Shown here: positions 1 to 10,470 of the stretch, in pieces
How the letters are laid out: the number at the start of each line of letters is the position of its first letter
Position numbering within the stretch: position 1 is the first letter of the stretch
Assembly (NCBI GenBank): GCA_046484865.1
Contig: JAWOID010000071.1
Span: 1-64,000 of the forward strand
Length of the DNA stretch: 64,000 nucleotides
Reading direction: 5' to 3'
Source of the DNA: Candidatus Krumholzibacteriia bacterium
GTDB lineage: Bacteria > Krumholzibacteriota > Krumholzibacteriia > LZORAL124-64-63
Made by a program: the position numbers and the translations under genes
Notes under the pieces: model-generated
Told to the model about the DNA's origin: nothing
The model's input: the letters and a program-made list of their open reading frames with translations, nothing else
Databases searched by the model: none

Positions 1-38
1 TCGACGAGATCCTCTCGCACCGTCTCTTCCGCAGCCAC
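1..38 (-). CDS. Possible 5' end of a gene running off the left edge (MAAEETVREDLV...)
   Basis: GTG at 38 preceded by a GGGAGGGAG RBS-like run; open to the window edge; too short to identify. Confidence 0.3.
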   Translation of the reverse strand, partial: MAAEETVREDLV

Positions 39-287
39 GTCCAGCTCCCTCCCCGATGGGCGGCTTACTACGAGCAGCAGGTCGTCACGCGGGCGCTGCC
101 GCGCAACCGGGTGCACGACCTGAAGTATGCGTTCTGAAAACAGGTGGGAAGCTATCGGGCCCCCGTGTGCACAATCTTCGATCCATAACGAAAAACATTG
201 AAATTTCCGCCGCGGCGTGCCGATATATCGCGTTCACCGCGTGTCGCGATTCCACGCACGCGTGATCACCACCGGAAGGAGCCTCAG

Positions 288-806
288 ATGCGCATCGGAT
301 TCTGCACTCTGCTCGTCTTCACCCTGGCCCTGGCCGCGGCCCCGGCCGGCGCCCAGGACACCGGCCCCGCCTTCTACGGTCAGGGCATCCTCTCGCTGCC
401 CATGGGCGACTTCGGCGACCTGGCCAAGATCGGCTTCGGCGCCGGCCTGGGTGTGTCCTTCGCCCACAGCGAGATGCTGCACTTCCGGGGCGAGGCGGGC
501 TACGTCTACTACGCGACCGAGGATTTCCCGGGCTCGGATCTCTCGTTCAGCATGATCCCGATCACTGCCCTGGTGCAGTACAATCTCGAGAACTCGCCAC
601 TCTACCTGCTGGGCGGCCTGGGGCTGGCGATCGGCATGACCTCCGTGGAGTTCGACGACGGCACCGAAGCCGACGACACCAGTTCCGAGTTCGGCATCGC
701 CCTGGGCGCGGGCACCGACCTGACGCCGCAGCTATTCGTCGAGGGCCGCTTCAATCTCATCAGCGACACGAACCACATCAGCGCGCACCTGGGCTACCGG
801 TTCTAG
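288..806 (+). CDS. Outer membrane beta-barrel protein (OmpA-like/porin family)
   Basis: AAGGAG RBS before ATG 288; signal peptide ending AGA-Q; amphipathic beta-strands; C-terminal GYRF barrel signal. Confidence 0.8.
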   Translation: MRIGFCTLLVFTLALAAAPAGAQDTGPAFYGQGILSLPMGDFGDLAKIGFGAGLGVSFAHSEMLHFRGEAGYVYYATEDFPGSDLSFSMIPITALVQYNLENSPLYLLGGLGLAIGMTSVEFDDGTEADDTSSEFGIALGAGTDLTPQLFVEGRFNLISDTNHISAHLGYRF

Positions 807-857
807 TCGAGTTTCAGGCCGGGGACGCAACTCCGTCGCCAGCCGCGCGCAAAGGGC

Positions 858-887
858 ACGTGGGCGCCTCCGCGGAGGCGCCCACGT
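858..887. terminator. Perfect 30-bp palindrome, likely bidirectional terminator
   Basis: ACGTGGGCGCCTCCGCGGAGGCGCCCACGT is its own reverse complement; lies between convergent genes. Confidence 0.7.
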
Positions 888-918
888 TCATTCCGGAACC
901 GGCAGGCTGGAGTCCGGG

Positions 919-2430
919 TCAGAAGACCCGATGATTGAGGAACGTCCAGTCCCCCGCCCGCACCCGCACGTCCGGCACCGTGTGCCGGCCCAGGGAGCGC
1001 CCCGCCGCGTCCACCAGTTCCACCTCCAGATCGTAGGAGCCGGCAGGCAGCGTGAGACGGGCGATGTCGATGGTGCGCGGCAGGGTGAGCCAGGCGCGGG
1101 TGTCGGCACGCTCGGTGGCGGCGCCGACGATATTCACCACGGTCCCGAGCCACGACTCCGACCGGGCGACCTGCCGCGTGGCCAGGTACTTGGTCAGACC
1201 GCGGGCGATGGTCTTCACGAGCACCTTGCCGTACTCGGCGGCGAAGGTGATGCGGGTCATCGCCTCGAGGTTGGCCGCCCGGCAGGTGCGCACGTGGGCA
1301 CCCGCCGCCGTGGCGCTCACCCGGGCGCCATGGATGTCGCCGGCCTGCTGCGGCAGTTCCGGCAGGGTGATGGCGAGCCAGTAGGCGACGTCGCGGCCCT
1401 TCACGTAGCCGCGCATGTCGTGCAGGCCCGCCGCCATCTCGGCGGCCCTGCGATCGGTGTCGCCGTACGCCTCGCCCTTGAAGATGGGTACGTCGACCCG
1501 GGTCTGCGTCTTCTGCGGGACGTAGGACGTCTCCAGGAGCAGCACCACCTGTCCGTGTCCCGCCGGCCACGCCGCGGCGGCCGGATCCCGAGCAGCGGCG
1601 GCGAAGACCTCGGGATGGGCGGCGCGGATCTGCTCCAGATCGGCCGCGAAGCCCAGCCGGGCGGCGGTCCGATCGAGGTCGGTCGCCAGGGTCGGAGGGA
1701 TCTCCACCGACAGCAGTTCCGCCCCGGCGGCGTAGGCCGCGGCGGCATTGCGGTAGGCGATGAAGGCGTCGTTCAGCTCGCCATCCCAGTCGTAGAGCAT
1801 GCCGCTGAGATAGAGCAGGAAGGGATCGTTCCTCGTCCGCTCGAGGGCGTCCACGGCCTCGCCGTCGAGACCCTGTACCGAGGCATCCACGTACCGGGCC
1901 ATGAGCAGGCTGGCCTTGCGCGCCTCCACCAGCGCGCTCTCGCGCTCACCCAGGTAGACGTAGTTCATGGCGCGGTAGTACGGGATCATGGCCATCTCGA
2001 ACGGCCGGGCGCGATAGGAGATGCTCTCGTCGCTGGTGACGAGCGAGAGGGCCGCCTCGCTGAGGCTGCGACTGTAGAGTTCCTCGCCGGTGCGTTCGGC
2101 TGCCGCGAACGCCTCGTTGCTCTCCTGCCAGCGGTCGGCGTAGTGCAGCACCAGCCCCCGCTCGAGCCAGTAGAGCAGCATCTCTTTGCCGCCCTGCCTG
2201 TCCTCGAGGGTGGCCAGTGCGCCCTCGAAATCGCCCGCCGCCAGCTCCGGCCGCAGGTCGGCCATGCGGGCCGTGTACGTCGCGCAGCCGGAGCCCATGA
2301 GGAGTGCCGCCGCCACCGCACCGGCGAGCGCCGTCCGGGCGGCCGTCCTGCGCACGGCCGCCCGGCGGTCACGGGGTGAACCGCGCCGGCCCCGGCACCG
2401 GGGCCGCGGGAGGAGACGCCGCGGGTCCAA
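919..2430 (-). CDS. COG3014-family TPR-like lipoprotein
   Basis: Lipobox-like LMGSGC; LLYWLERG and ALVEARK helical segments; C-terminal ERADTRAWLTLP motif; directly downstream of lpoB; start uncertain. Confidence 0.75.
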   Translation of the reverse strand: MDPRRLLPRPRCRGRRGSPRDRRAAVRRTAARTALAGAVAAALLMGSGCATYTARMADLRPELAAGDFEGALATLEDRQGGKEMLLYWLERGLVLHYADRWQESNEAFAAAERTGEELYSRSLSEAALSLVTSDESISYRARPFEMAMIPYYRAMNYVYLGERESALVEARKASLLMARYVDASVQGLDGEAVDALERTRNDPFLLYLSGMLYDWDGELNDAFIAYRNAAAAYAAGAELLSVEIPPTLATDLDRTAARLGFAADLEQIRAAHPEVFAAAARDPAAAAWPAGHGQVVLLLETSYVPQKTQTRVDVPIFKGEAYGDTDRRAAEMAAGLHDMRGYVKGRDVAYWLAITLPELPQQAGDIHGARVSATAAGAHVRTCRAANLEAMTRITFAAEYGKVLVKTIARGLTKYLATRQVARSESWLGTVVNIVGAATERADTRAWLTLPRTIDIARLTLPAGSYDLEVELVDAAGRSLGRHTVPDVRVRAGDWTFLNHRVF

Positions 2431-2436
2431 GCTCGA

Positions 2437-3054
2437 CTACCCGCGGTACTTGCTGCGTCCGACGAACTTCCGGATCTTCTCGAAACCCGCCCAGACCTTG
2501 GTGTTGTCCTCGAGGTCGACCAGGTACGAGTCCACCTGGTAGTACTTCACCTGGTCGCCCCCTTCCTGATCGATGATCTGGTTGATCTCGCCGATGAGCA
2601 TGTAGTCGGCGCCCTTCTCGCGGCCCCACTGCTTCACCGTCTCCACCGACGCGTACTCCTGCTGGTCGGCACGCTCCGAGCGGACCTGGTCGCGCTCTTC
2701 GGGCGAGGCCACCACCTTCACCCGCCCGTTGTTGATGAACGCGCGCTCGAGGTCGGCGATGAACGTCTTGGTCGGGATGTGCTCCACGGTACGATTGCGC
2801 ACCTGGCCCACGATGAGCACCGGCTGGCGCCCCCGAGCCATCATGTGGTTCTCGACCCAGGGGCTGACCGTGATCTGGGTCACCATGGCCTCGGACACCC
2901 GCCGGCTGTCGCTGTCGTTCCAGTTGCCGGACAGGTCGATGTCGCTCTCGGTGTCCACGCGGGTCACCTGCTTGCCGCCGCCGCAGCCCGCCACGACGGC
3001 CACAGCCATCAGCGCGAGCAGACCTGCGGCCGCGCGGGTCCGTGCGTCTCTCAT
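2437..3054 (-). CDS. lpoB: Penicillin-binding protein activator LpoB-family lipoprotein
   Basis: GAGGAG RBS; lipobox VAGC; DLSGNWNDSD, VRNRTVEHI, GADYML and YYQVD motifs. Confidence 0.8.
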   Translation of the reverse strand: MRDARTRAAAGLLALMAVAVVAGCGGGKQVTRVDTESDIDLSGNWNDSDSRRVSEAMVTQITVSPWVENHMMARGRQPVLIVGQVRNRTVEHIPTKTFIADLERAFINNGRVKVVASPEERDQVRSERADQQEYASVETVKQWGREKGADYMLIGEINQIIDQEGGDQVKYYQVDSYLVDLEDNTKVWAGFEKIRKFVGRSKYRG

Positions 3055-3261
3055 CGTTTCGCTCCTCCTCGTTCGCACCGTCGTCTGCCACCGGATTCCG
3101 CGGTATCGCCGCCCCATGGTCCCGCTTCGGCCCCGGTCGCGCCAGTCAAAAAGACGCGGCGGATCGACCCGTACCCGGTGCCGGGACTGGCGGGCGCGCC
3201 GCCGGGGGTATATAACGGTCTCGAAGCATTTCCCGTTCCCCTTCCGCGCCGGAGAGCCGCC

Positions 3262-4590
3262 ATGTCCGCGACGAGCGCCGGATCCGATCTCTTCCTCCTC
3301 GAGAACGCCGCGCCCCTGGTGACGATGAACGAGCGCCGCGAGGTCCACCGGCAAGGCTGGGTGGCGGCGGCCGGAGGCCTGATCACCGCCGTCGGCGAAG
3401 GAACCCCTCCCGAGCAGGTGGCGGGCCGTCCGCGCGCCGATCACCGGCGGTTCGACGCCGCGGGCGCCGTCGTCCTGCCGGGGCTCGTCAACACCCACCA
3501 CCACCTCTTCCAGTCCCGGACGCGCGCCCATCCGGCCGCCCTGGACGCCGGCCTCTTCGACTGGCTGGTGGCGCTCTACCCGGTCTGGGCGCATCTGCGG
3601 GAGGACGACGTCCACCGCGCGGCGGTAGTCGTGTTCCGCGAGCTGCTGCGCTCGGGCTGCACGCTGACCTCCGATCACCACTATCTCTTCCCCGCCGGCG
3701 CCCGGCCGGACCTGATCGACGTCACCATCGCCGCCGCCCGCGACGCGGGCATCCGTTTCCATCCCACCCGCGGCTCGATGAGCCGGTCGCAGAAGGACGG
3801 GGGGCTGCCGCCCGACGACATCGTCCAGGACGAGGACGAGATCCTCGCCGACAGCGAGCGCCTCATCGACCGGTACCACGATGCGCGGCCGGGCGCCATG
3901 ATCCGCCTGGCCCTCGCGCCGTGCTCGCCGTTCAACGTGAGCCCCGAACTCATGCGCGAGACCGCAGCGCTGGCCCGCCGGCACGGCGTGCGCCTGCACA
4001 CGCATCTGGCCGAGACCCTCGACGAGGAACGCTACTGCCTGGAGGTGTACGGCCGCCGGCCCCTCGATTTCATCGAGGACTGCGGCTGGCTGGCCAGCGA
4101 CGTGTGGCTGGCCCACGGCATCCACTTCGACGACCGCGAGATCGCGCGGCTCGGCGCCGCCGGCGTGGGCATCTCGCACTGCCCCACCTCGAACATGCGC
4201 CTGGGCTCGGGCGTCTGCCGGGTGCGCGACCTGCAGGCCGCGGGCTGTCCGGTGGGGCTGGCGGTGGACGGATCCGCGAGCAACGACGGCTCCAACCTGC
4301 TGGCCGAGCTGAGGCAGACGCTCCTACTGCACCGGGTGATCCACGGCCCGAACGGCATGACGGTGGCCGAGGTGCTGGAGATGGCGACGCGCGGCGGCGC
4401 CGCTTGCCTGGGTCGCGAAGACGCGGGCGCCCTCGAGCCAGGCCGCGCCTGCGACCTGGCGGTGTTCGATCTGTCGGACATCGGTTACGATGCCGCCGGC
4501 GACCGCGTGGCGGCGCTCGTGCTCTGCCAGCCCGCCCCGGCCCGGGCGGTGGTGGTCGGCGGCCGCGTGATCGACGTGCAGGACTACTGA
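3262..4590 (+). CDS. 8-oxoguanine deaminase-like amidohydrolase
   Basis: PGLVNTHHHLFQ, DHHY, RFHPTRGSMS, LAPCSPF, HTHLAET, AHGIH, HCPTSN and VDGSASND motifs. Confidence 0.85.
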   Translation: MSATSAGSDLFLLENAAPLVTMNERREVHRQGWVAAAGGLITAVGEGTPPEQVAGRPRADHRRFDAAGAVVLPGLVNTHHHLFQSRTRAHPAALDAGLFDWLVALYPVWAHLREDDVHRAAVVVFRELLRSGCTLTSDHHYLFPAGARPDLIDVTIAAARDAGIRFHPTRGSMSRSQKDGGLPPDDIVQDEDEILADSERLIDRYHDARPGAMIRLALAPCSPFNVSPELMRETAALARRHGVRLHTHLAETLDEERYCLEVYGRRPLDFIEDCGWLASDVWLAHGIHFDDREIARLGAAGVGISHCPTSNMRLGSGVCRVRDLQAAGCPVGLAVDGSASNDGSNLLAELRQTLLLHRVIHGPNGMTVAEVLEMATRGGAACLGREDAGALEPGRACDLAVFDLSDIGYDAAGDRVAALVLCQPAPARAVVVGGRVIDVQDY

Positions 4591-4632
4591 CGGTCCGACC
4601 CGCGGAGCGAAGTCGTCGCCTGGATCGTCGCC

Positions 4633-5586
4633 GTGAACCGGCCGGAGGAATCATCGGTGGTCGAGGTCGAAGCCCTGCGCAAGACGTTCGGCACGCTGGT
4701 CGCCGTCGACGGCATTAGCCTGCGCGCCCGCGCCGGCGCCATCTTCGGTCTGCTCGGGCCCAACGGGGCCGGCAAGTCCACGACCATCGGCTGCATCAGC
4801 GGGCTGCTGACGCCCAGCGAGGGTCAGGTGCGCGTCAACGGCCACGACGTGCAGCGCGACGGCCGGGCTGCCCGCGCGCAGCTGGGCGTGGTGCCGCAGG
4901 AGTTGGCGCTCTACGAGGATCTGTCCGCCCGCGAGAACCTCGACTTCTGGGGCGGCGCCTACGGCCTGAGCGGCGCCGCTCTCGGGCGTCGCGCCGAAGC
5001 CGTGCTGGAGCTGGTGGGCCTGACCGAACGGGCTCGCGAGCCGGTCAAGAACTACTCCGGCGGCATGAAACGCCGCCTGAACTTCGCCTGCGGGATCGTG
5101 CACGAGCCGAGTGTGCTCCTGCTGGACGAACCCACCGTGGGCGTGGACCCCCAGAGCCGGGTGAAGCTGCTGGACCTGGTCCGAACCCAGGCGAGCGCCG
5201 GCGTCTGCATCCTGTACACGACGCACTACATGGAGGAGGCGGAGAGTCTCTGCGACGATCTCGCCATCGTGGACCACGGCCGGATCGTGGCAGCCGGCAC
5301 GATCGAGGAATTGCGGTCGGTCATCGGCGAGCGTGATCTGCTGCGCCTGTCGGGCCGTTTCGACGCCGCCGCCGCCCGCGAGCGCCTGCGCCCGCTGCCG
5401 GATCTGGAGGTGGTGCAGGCCGACGCCGAGGCGCTCACGCTCGCACTGCTGCGAGCCTCGCAGCGGTTGCCGGACATCTTCGCCGCGCTCGGCGGCGCCA
5501 GCGCCGAGATCCGCGAGACCACCCTCACCCGTCCCAATCTCGAGAGCCTGTTCATCAAGCTCACCGGCAAGGAACTGCGGGAGTGA
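4633..5586 (+). CDS. ABC-2 exporter ATP-binding protein
   Basis: Walker A GPNGAGKST, YSGGMKRR signature, LLLDEPT, H-loop. Confidence 0.9.
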   Translation: MNRPEESSVVEVEALRKTFGTLVAVDGISLRARAGAIFGLLGPNGAGKSTTIGCISGLLTPSEGQVRVNGHDVQRDGRAARAQLGVVPQELALYEDLSARENLDFWGGAYGLSGAALGRRAEAVLELVGLTERAREPVKNYSGGMKRRLNFACGIVHEPSVLLLDEPTVGVDPQSRVKLLDLVRTQASAGVCILYTTHYMEEAESLCDDLAIVDHGRIVAAGTIEELRSVIGERDLLRLSGRFDAAAARERLRPLPDLEVVQADAEALTLALLRASQRLPDIFAALGGASAEIRETTLTRPNLESLFIKLTGKELRE

Positions 5587-6893
5587 GCGCCCCGCCGTCG
5601 CGAGTGGAGTCTGCCCGGACGGCGCCGTGGCGTCGCCCCCACCCGCTGCGCATGATCTGGAACACCGCGCGCAAGGACTGGCGCAAGCAGCGGCGCAACC
5701 TGCCGGAATTGATGCTCTGGATCGGGATTCCGCTGATCATCGGCGGCGTCGTCGTGCTGGCCTTCGGCGGCGGCGGCGGCGGCCCCACGCCGCAGGCGCA
5801 CCTGCTGGTGGCGGACCAGGACGATTCGCTGCTCAGCGGGCTGCTGCTGGGCGCTCTGGCGCAGGACGAGGCAGGCGGCATCATCCGCACCGAGCCGGTG
5901 GCGTTCGCCGACGGCCGACGGCGCATCGACGCGGGCGAGGCCTCCGCCCTGCTGCGCATTCCGGAGGGGTTCGCCGACGCCGTGCTCGACGAGCGCCCCA
6001 CCACGCTCGAACTCTGGGTGAACCCCTCCCAGCAGGTCCTGCCACAGCTCGTCGAGCAGGCGCTCTCCCTGCTGGCCGACGCCGTCTTCTACCTGCACCG
6101 GGTGCTCGGCCAGGAACTCCGGCTGATCGCCCAGGGCCCGCCGGAAGGCGATCTCGTGTTCGCCGATGCTGCGATCGGCGCCATCGCCGTGGCCATCAAC
6201 CGGCGCGTCGAGGCGTTGCTCACGCGGCTGGATCCGCTGGCCATCGAGCTGGAGCTGGTGGAGGCGGCGCCGGAGGAGCGGAGCGACGCACCCGGGGGAT
6301 TCGCCGTGCTCTTCCTGCCGGGTATCCTCGTCATGAGCCTTCTCTTCATGGCCCAGGGCATCGGCAACGAGATCTGGATCGAACACGAGCAGCACACGCT
6401 GCGACGCGTGGTGGTGTCGCCGGCCGGGCTCGGGTCTTTCCTGGCGGGCAAGGCGCTGGCCGCGGCAGGCCTGATGCTGGCCGTGGCGTCGGTGGGCCTG
6501 ACGATCGGGTACCTCTACCTGGATCTGCCGGCCGGCAGCCTCCCCCTCGCGGTCATCTGGGCGGTCGTCACCGGCGTCATGTTGCTGGGGTTGCTCACCA
6601 CGGTGCAGGTGCTCGCCCGCAGCCAGCGGGCGGGACAGATCGCCGGCATGCTGGTGATCTTTCCGCTGATGATGGTGGGCGGCAGCTTCTTTCCGCTCGA
6701 GGCCATGCCCGCGTGGATGCGTGCCGCCGGGCAGATCACGCCGAACGGATACGCCGTGAGCGTTCTCGTCGACGTCTTGCGCGGCCGGCGAGCCGCTGAC
6801 GACATGCTCGTGCCGGTGCTGATCGTGGCTGCCCTGACGGCCGCATTCGGCATCGCCGTCACGCTGCGCATGCGCAGCTTCGCCCGGCGCTGA
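5583..6893 (+). CDS. ABC-2 exporter permease
   Basis: N-terminal TM, large periplasmic loop, several C-terminal TMs, GGSFFPLE motif; GTGA overlap with the ATPase. Confidence 0.85.
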   Translation: MSAPPSRVESARTAPWRRPHPLRMIWNTARKDWRKQRRNLPELMLWIGIPLIIGGVVVLAFGGGGGGPTPQAHLLVADQDDSLLSGLLLGALAQDEAGGIIRTEPVAFADGRRRIDAGEASALLRIPEGFADAVLDERPTTLELWVNPSQQVLPQLVEQALSLLADAVFYLHRVLGQELRLIAQGPPEGDLVFADAAIGAIAVAINRRVEALLTRLDPLAIELELVEAAPEERSDAPGGFAVLFLPGILVMSLLFMAQGIGNEIWIEHEQHTLRRVVVSPAGLGSFLAGKALAAAGLMLAVASVGLTIGYLYLDLPAGSLPLAVIWAVVTGVMLLGLLTTVQVLARSQRAGQIAGMLVIFPLMMVGGSFFPLEAMPAWMRAAGQITPNGYAVSVLVDVLRGRRAADDMLVPVLIVAALTAAFGIAVTLRMRSFARR

Positions 6894-6932
6894 TCCGGCC
6901 CCGCCGGGGGGCGCCGAGGCAGGAGGACGAGG

Positions 6933-8096
6933 TTGGCAGCCTGGGCCCGCGAGTTCCGCAACATCGTCTTCATCCTGCGCAAGGATCTCCAGTACATGCT
7001 GCGAGAGCGCGAGACGCTGCTCTGGGTGTTCGTGCTGCCCCTGCTCTTCTTCTACTTCATCGGCACCATCACCGGCGGCTTCGCCGGCAGCGGCGAAGGA
7101 CCGACCGCCACCCCGATCGCGTACTACGTCCCGGACGGCGCCGGCCATCTGGCCGACCGCCTGCAGCAGCGGCTGGAAGCGGCCGACTTCCAGGTCGTGC
7201 GGCGCGATACCCTGCCGCCGGCGGGATTGCAGGGGCGCTGGATCAGCCTGCCCCCGGGGTTCACCGACTCGGTCATGGTCGGGACGCCGGCGGCCGTGCG
7301 CTTCCATCCGCGCGCGGAGGGGCTCAGACGCGATCACGAGGTTCTGCGCGTGGGCCGCACGGTCTACACGCTGCTGGCCGATGTGGTGGCCGCCGACCGG
7401 ACGGGCCGCGGTCCCACCGCCACCGTGCTGGACTCGCTGGAGGCGCTCCCGCGTCCCCTGCAGGTGAGCGTGGCTCCTGCGGGTCGCCGGCGCGAGATTC
7501 CCACCGGATACGAGCAGACGATCCCCGGCACGATGGTCATGTTCACGCTGCTGATCATGACCACCAGCGGCGCGGTGCTGCTGGTGATCGAGCGGCGCCA
7601 GGGCCTGCTGCGCCGGCTCGCCGCCACCCCCATTCCGCGCGGCAGCGTGGTGGTGGGCAAGTGGGGAGCCAAGTTCGCGCTCGGGCTGGTGCAGATCGGC
7701 TGGGCGATGATCGCGGGCGCGGTGATCTTCCACATGGACTGGGGACCCGCGCTGCCGGCCGTGATCGCGGTGATGGCATCCTACGGGGCGCTGATGGCGG
7801 CGGTGGGCCTCCTCCTGGGCACCCTGGCGCGCACCGAGGGCGCCGCCGTGGCCATCGGCGTGGTGGCCGCCAACGTCCTGGGTGCGCTGGGCGGCTGCTG
7901 GTGGCCCATCGAGATCGCCCCGGCGTGGATGCAGCGACTGGCGCTCTTCCTCCCCACCGGCTGGGCCATGGACGCCCTGCACGAGCTCGTGAGCTTCGGC
8001 GCGCCCCCGCTGGCGGTGCTGCCGCACGTGGCGGGCATGTCGCTGGGCGCGGGACTCCTGCTGCTGCTGTCCACCCGGACCTTCCGGTACCAGTAG
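6933..8096 (+). CDS. ABC-2 exporter permease
   Basis: IERRQGLLRRL and LGGCWWPIE motifs; multiple TMs; GGAGGA RBS. Confidence 0.85.
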   Translation: MAAWAREFRNIVFILRKDLQYMLRERETLLWVFVLPLLFFYFIGTITGGFAGSGEGPTATPIAYYVPDGAGHLADRLQQRLEAADFQVVRRDTLPPAGLQGRWISLPPGFTDSVMVGTPAAVRFHPRAEGLRRDHEVLRVGRTVYTLLADVVAADRTGRGPTATVLDSLEALPRPLQVSVAPAGRRREIPTGYEQTIPGTMVMFTLLIMTTSGAVLLVIERRQGLLRRLAATPIPRGSVVVGKWGAKFALGLVQIGWAMIAGAVIFHMDWGPALPAVIAVMASYGALMAAVGLLLGTLARTEGAAVAIGVVAANVLGALGGCWWPIEIAPAWMQRLALFLPTGWAMDALHELVSFGAPPLAVLPHVAGMSLGAGLLLLLSTRTFRYQ

Positions 8097-8195
8097 CACC
8101 GCCCGGGGGACCGGGATGCGGCGCCACCCTCTTGTGTGACACTGCGCCGGCCCTGTATGGTACCTGGCATGTTCGCCGACACCCCTGGAGAAGGC

Positions 8196-10460
8196 ATGCC
8201 ACGACCGCGCCGCCTCCCGGCCGACCCTGTCCCCCGCGGTTCGCTGCGGATCGTCGCCTGTGCCGCTTTCGCGGCGATCGTGCTCGCGGCGACCGCAGCC
8301 GGCGCGCAGGATGGATCGTTCATCCGCCTCGCGCGCATCCTCGACGGTCCCTGCGTCTCCACGGCGCGCCTGGACGACGTCGCGGTGGCGGCGATGGGCG
8401 ACCAGGTCGTCTTCGTGGACATCAGCCGGCCGGAGTGGCCGGTGGAGCTGGGCCGGCTGCAGTTGCGGCGGCCGGTGCGCTGGCTCCAGGCCCACGCTCC
8501 TCACGTCTACGTGCTCTCCGATACCGGCATGCTCGACGTGGTCGACGCGTCCGACCCCACGCGGCCGGTCATCGTGGGCCGAATGCGGGAACTGGGGAGC
8601 CCGAACCGGTTCGTCCAGCGCGGCGCCCGCGCGTACCTGGCCGACTTCAACTTCGGCGTCCGACTGGTGGACGTCGCCGACCCCGCCTATCCCGCGGAGG
8701 TCGGCGCCCTCCAGCTGCCGAGCTTCGCCAGCGACGTGGCACTCGCCGGCACGCTGGCGCTGATCGTGGGACCGCGCCTGGACGTGGTGGACATGAAGTT
8801 CCCGGACCTTCCGGAGCCGGTGGCGGAACTCGACACCGGCGACTTCCTGCAACTGGTCGCGGCCGACGGCTATCTCGCCCTCGCGGCCGGCGGGGCGGAC
8901 CTGCGGGTGGTGGACCTGAGCCGGCCCACGGCGCCGATGGTGGTGGGTACGTGGCCGCTGGGGAGCCGCCCGGCGGCCCTGGCGATGGAGAACGACCTGG
9001 GCTATGCGAGCCTGGAGGACGGGTCCATCCTCGTGCTCGACCTGAGCGATCCCGCCGCCCCGGGCCTGGCCCGACAGCTCACCGTGCCCCGGACCTGCGT
9101 GGACCTGCGCCCCGGGGGCTCACCCGCGCTGGCCGCCTGCGGGAGCGCCGGATTGCGGTTGCTGGATCTCGCGGCTGAGCCGCCGCAAACGCTGGGGCAC
9201 CTTCCCGCCGGTGGCCTGTGCCGCGACGTCGCCGTCACGGCCCGTCGAGCGCTGGTGGCGCGCGGCACCAGCGGCCTGGCGGTGCTCGACATCACGGTCG
9301 CGGACCAGCCGCTCCTGCTGGGCGAACTCGCCACCCCCGGGGAACTGGTCCGGGTGATGTGGGCAGAGGTCTCCGGCGCCGCTGGGAGCGACGATGCGTT
9401 CGGCGCGGCGGACCAGGGTTTTCTCCCTGCCGAAGCACCGGGCACGGAACCGGGGCCGGAACTGGCCTACCTCGCGGATCTCGCCGGCGGTCTGCACACG
9501 GTGGCGGTGGCCGACGACGGAACCCCCGTTCTGCTGGCCACCTGGTTGTCCAGCGGCGGCGAGAGCGTCTTCGCCGCCGCCGCGGGCGGCGGCCATCTCT
9601 ACGTGGCGATGGTGAACTCGCCGCAGGTGGCCGTGCTGTCACTGGCCGACCCTGCCGCTCCGGCGGAGGTCGGACGGATCACGGTGTCCGGCCCGGTGCG
9701 CAGCGTGACCACGGACCAGGGGGTGCTCCTGGTCGCCACCTCTCACCCGGAATCGGCCGTGCACGTCTTCGGCCTGGACGACCCGGCCGCGCCCGTGCCG
9801 GTCGGGAAGCACCCCACCGGCGGACCGCCGTACGTGCTGGCGGCCTCGGACCAGCGGGCACTGGTGCGCGTGTCGCCCGAGGGCACGGATCTGCTGAGCC
9901 TCGAGGATCCGGCTGCTCCACGGCTGCTCTCCACGCTGCCGCTGCCGACGGCGCAGGACGCCGTCCTGGCCGGCGCCACCGCCTATGTGGCCGCCGGCGC
10001 GGCGGGCATTTCGGCGTGGGACCTCGGCGATCCGGCCAGCCCGGTGCGGATCTCGGCCTACCTCACCCACGGCCACGCCTACGGGCTGGCGCTACGCCGG
10101 AACGACCTGCTGGTGGCCGATTACGAGGCCGGAGTGTGGATCATGCACGCCCCGGCGGCGCCCACGGCGGCACCGCCGTCGGCCCCGGGGCCGACCCTGC
10201 AGGCGGCGCCCAACCCGTTCAACCCGCTGGTCACCCTGTCGGCGCACCTGTCGCGGGGCGGACCGGTGCGGCTGGAGGTGCTGGACCTCCGCGGCCGGCG
10301 GATGGCGGTCCTGCTGGAGGAGAGCCGGGAAGCGGGCGAACTGTCGGCGACCTGGGACGGCCGCAGCGACGCCGGCGAGGCCTGCCCGTCGGGCACCTAC
10401 GTGGCGCGGCTGATCCATCCGGGAGGTCGCGCGACGACCAAGTTGCTGCTCGTCCGCTGA
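8196..10460 (+). CDS. Secreted LVIVD-repeat beta-propeller protein with C-terminal FlgD-Ig/CTD-like domain
   Basis: Signal peptide; many 'AYxA...GLxVxDxSDPxxP' repeats; C-terminal AAPNPFNP...DLRGR...WDGR...SGTY...KLLLVR. Confidence 0.8.
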   Translation: MPRPRRLPADPVPRGSLRIVACAAFAAIVLAATAAGAQDGSFIRLARILDGPCVSTARLDDVAVAAMGDQVVFVDISRPEWPVELGRLQLRRPVRWLQAHAPHVYVLSDTGMLDVVDASDPTRPVIVGRMRELGSPNRFVQRGARAYLADFNFGVRLVDVADPAYPAEVGALQLPSFASDVALAGTLALIVGPRLDVVDMKFPDLPEPVAELDTGDFLQLVAADGYLALAAGGADLRVVDLSRPTAPMVVGTWPLGSRPAALAMENDLGYASLEDGSILVLDLSDPAAPGLARQLTVPRTCVDLRPGGSPALAACGSAGLRLLDLAAEPPQTLGHLPAGGLCRDVAVTARRALVARGTSGLAVLDITVADQPLLLGELATPGELVRVMWAEVSGAAGSDDAFGAADQGFLPAEAPGTEPGPELAYLADLAGGLHTVAVADDGTPVLLATWLSSGGESVFAAAAGGGHLYVAMVNSPQVAVLSLADPAAPAEVGRITVSGPVRSVTTDQGVLLVATSHPESAVHVFGLDDPAAPVPVGKHPTGGPPYVLAASDQRALVRVSPEGTDLLSLEDPAAPRLLSTLPLPTAQDAVLAGATAYVAAGAAGISAWDLGDPASPVRISAYLTHGHAYGLALRRNDLLVADYEAGVWIMHAPAAPTAAPPSAPGPTLQAAPNPFNPLVTLSAHLSRGGPVRLEVLDLRGRRMAVLLEESREAGELSATWDGRSDAGEACPSGTYVARLIHPGGRATTKLLLVR

Positions 10461-10470
10461 AGGCGGCCGG

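Noticed and set aside
120..240. AT-richer patch as a possible ncRNA or foreign DNA
   Set aside because: Most simply a divergent promoter region (TTGAAA at 198); no recognisable RNA structure, and the -10 is unclear
3055..4179. Long N-terminal extension of the LpoB ORF
   Set aside because: Antisense to the deaminase; the lipoprotein signal and RBS place the start at 3054
5226..8852. 1208-aa minus-strand ORF (likewise 42671-46222, 29120-32116, 55136-57604)
   Set aside because: Antisense to well-supported genes; R/G/A/H-rich with no recognisable domains
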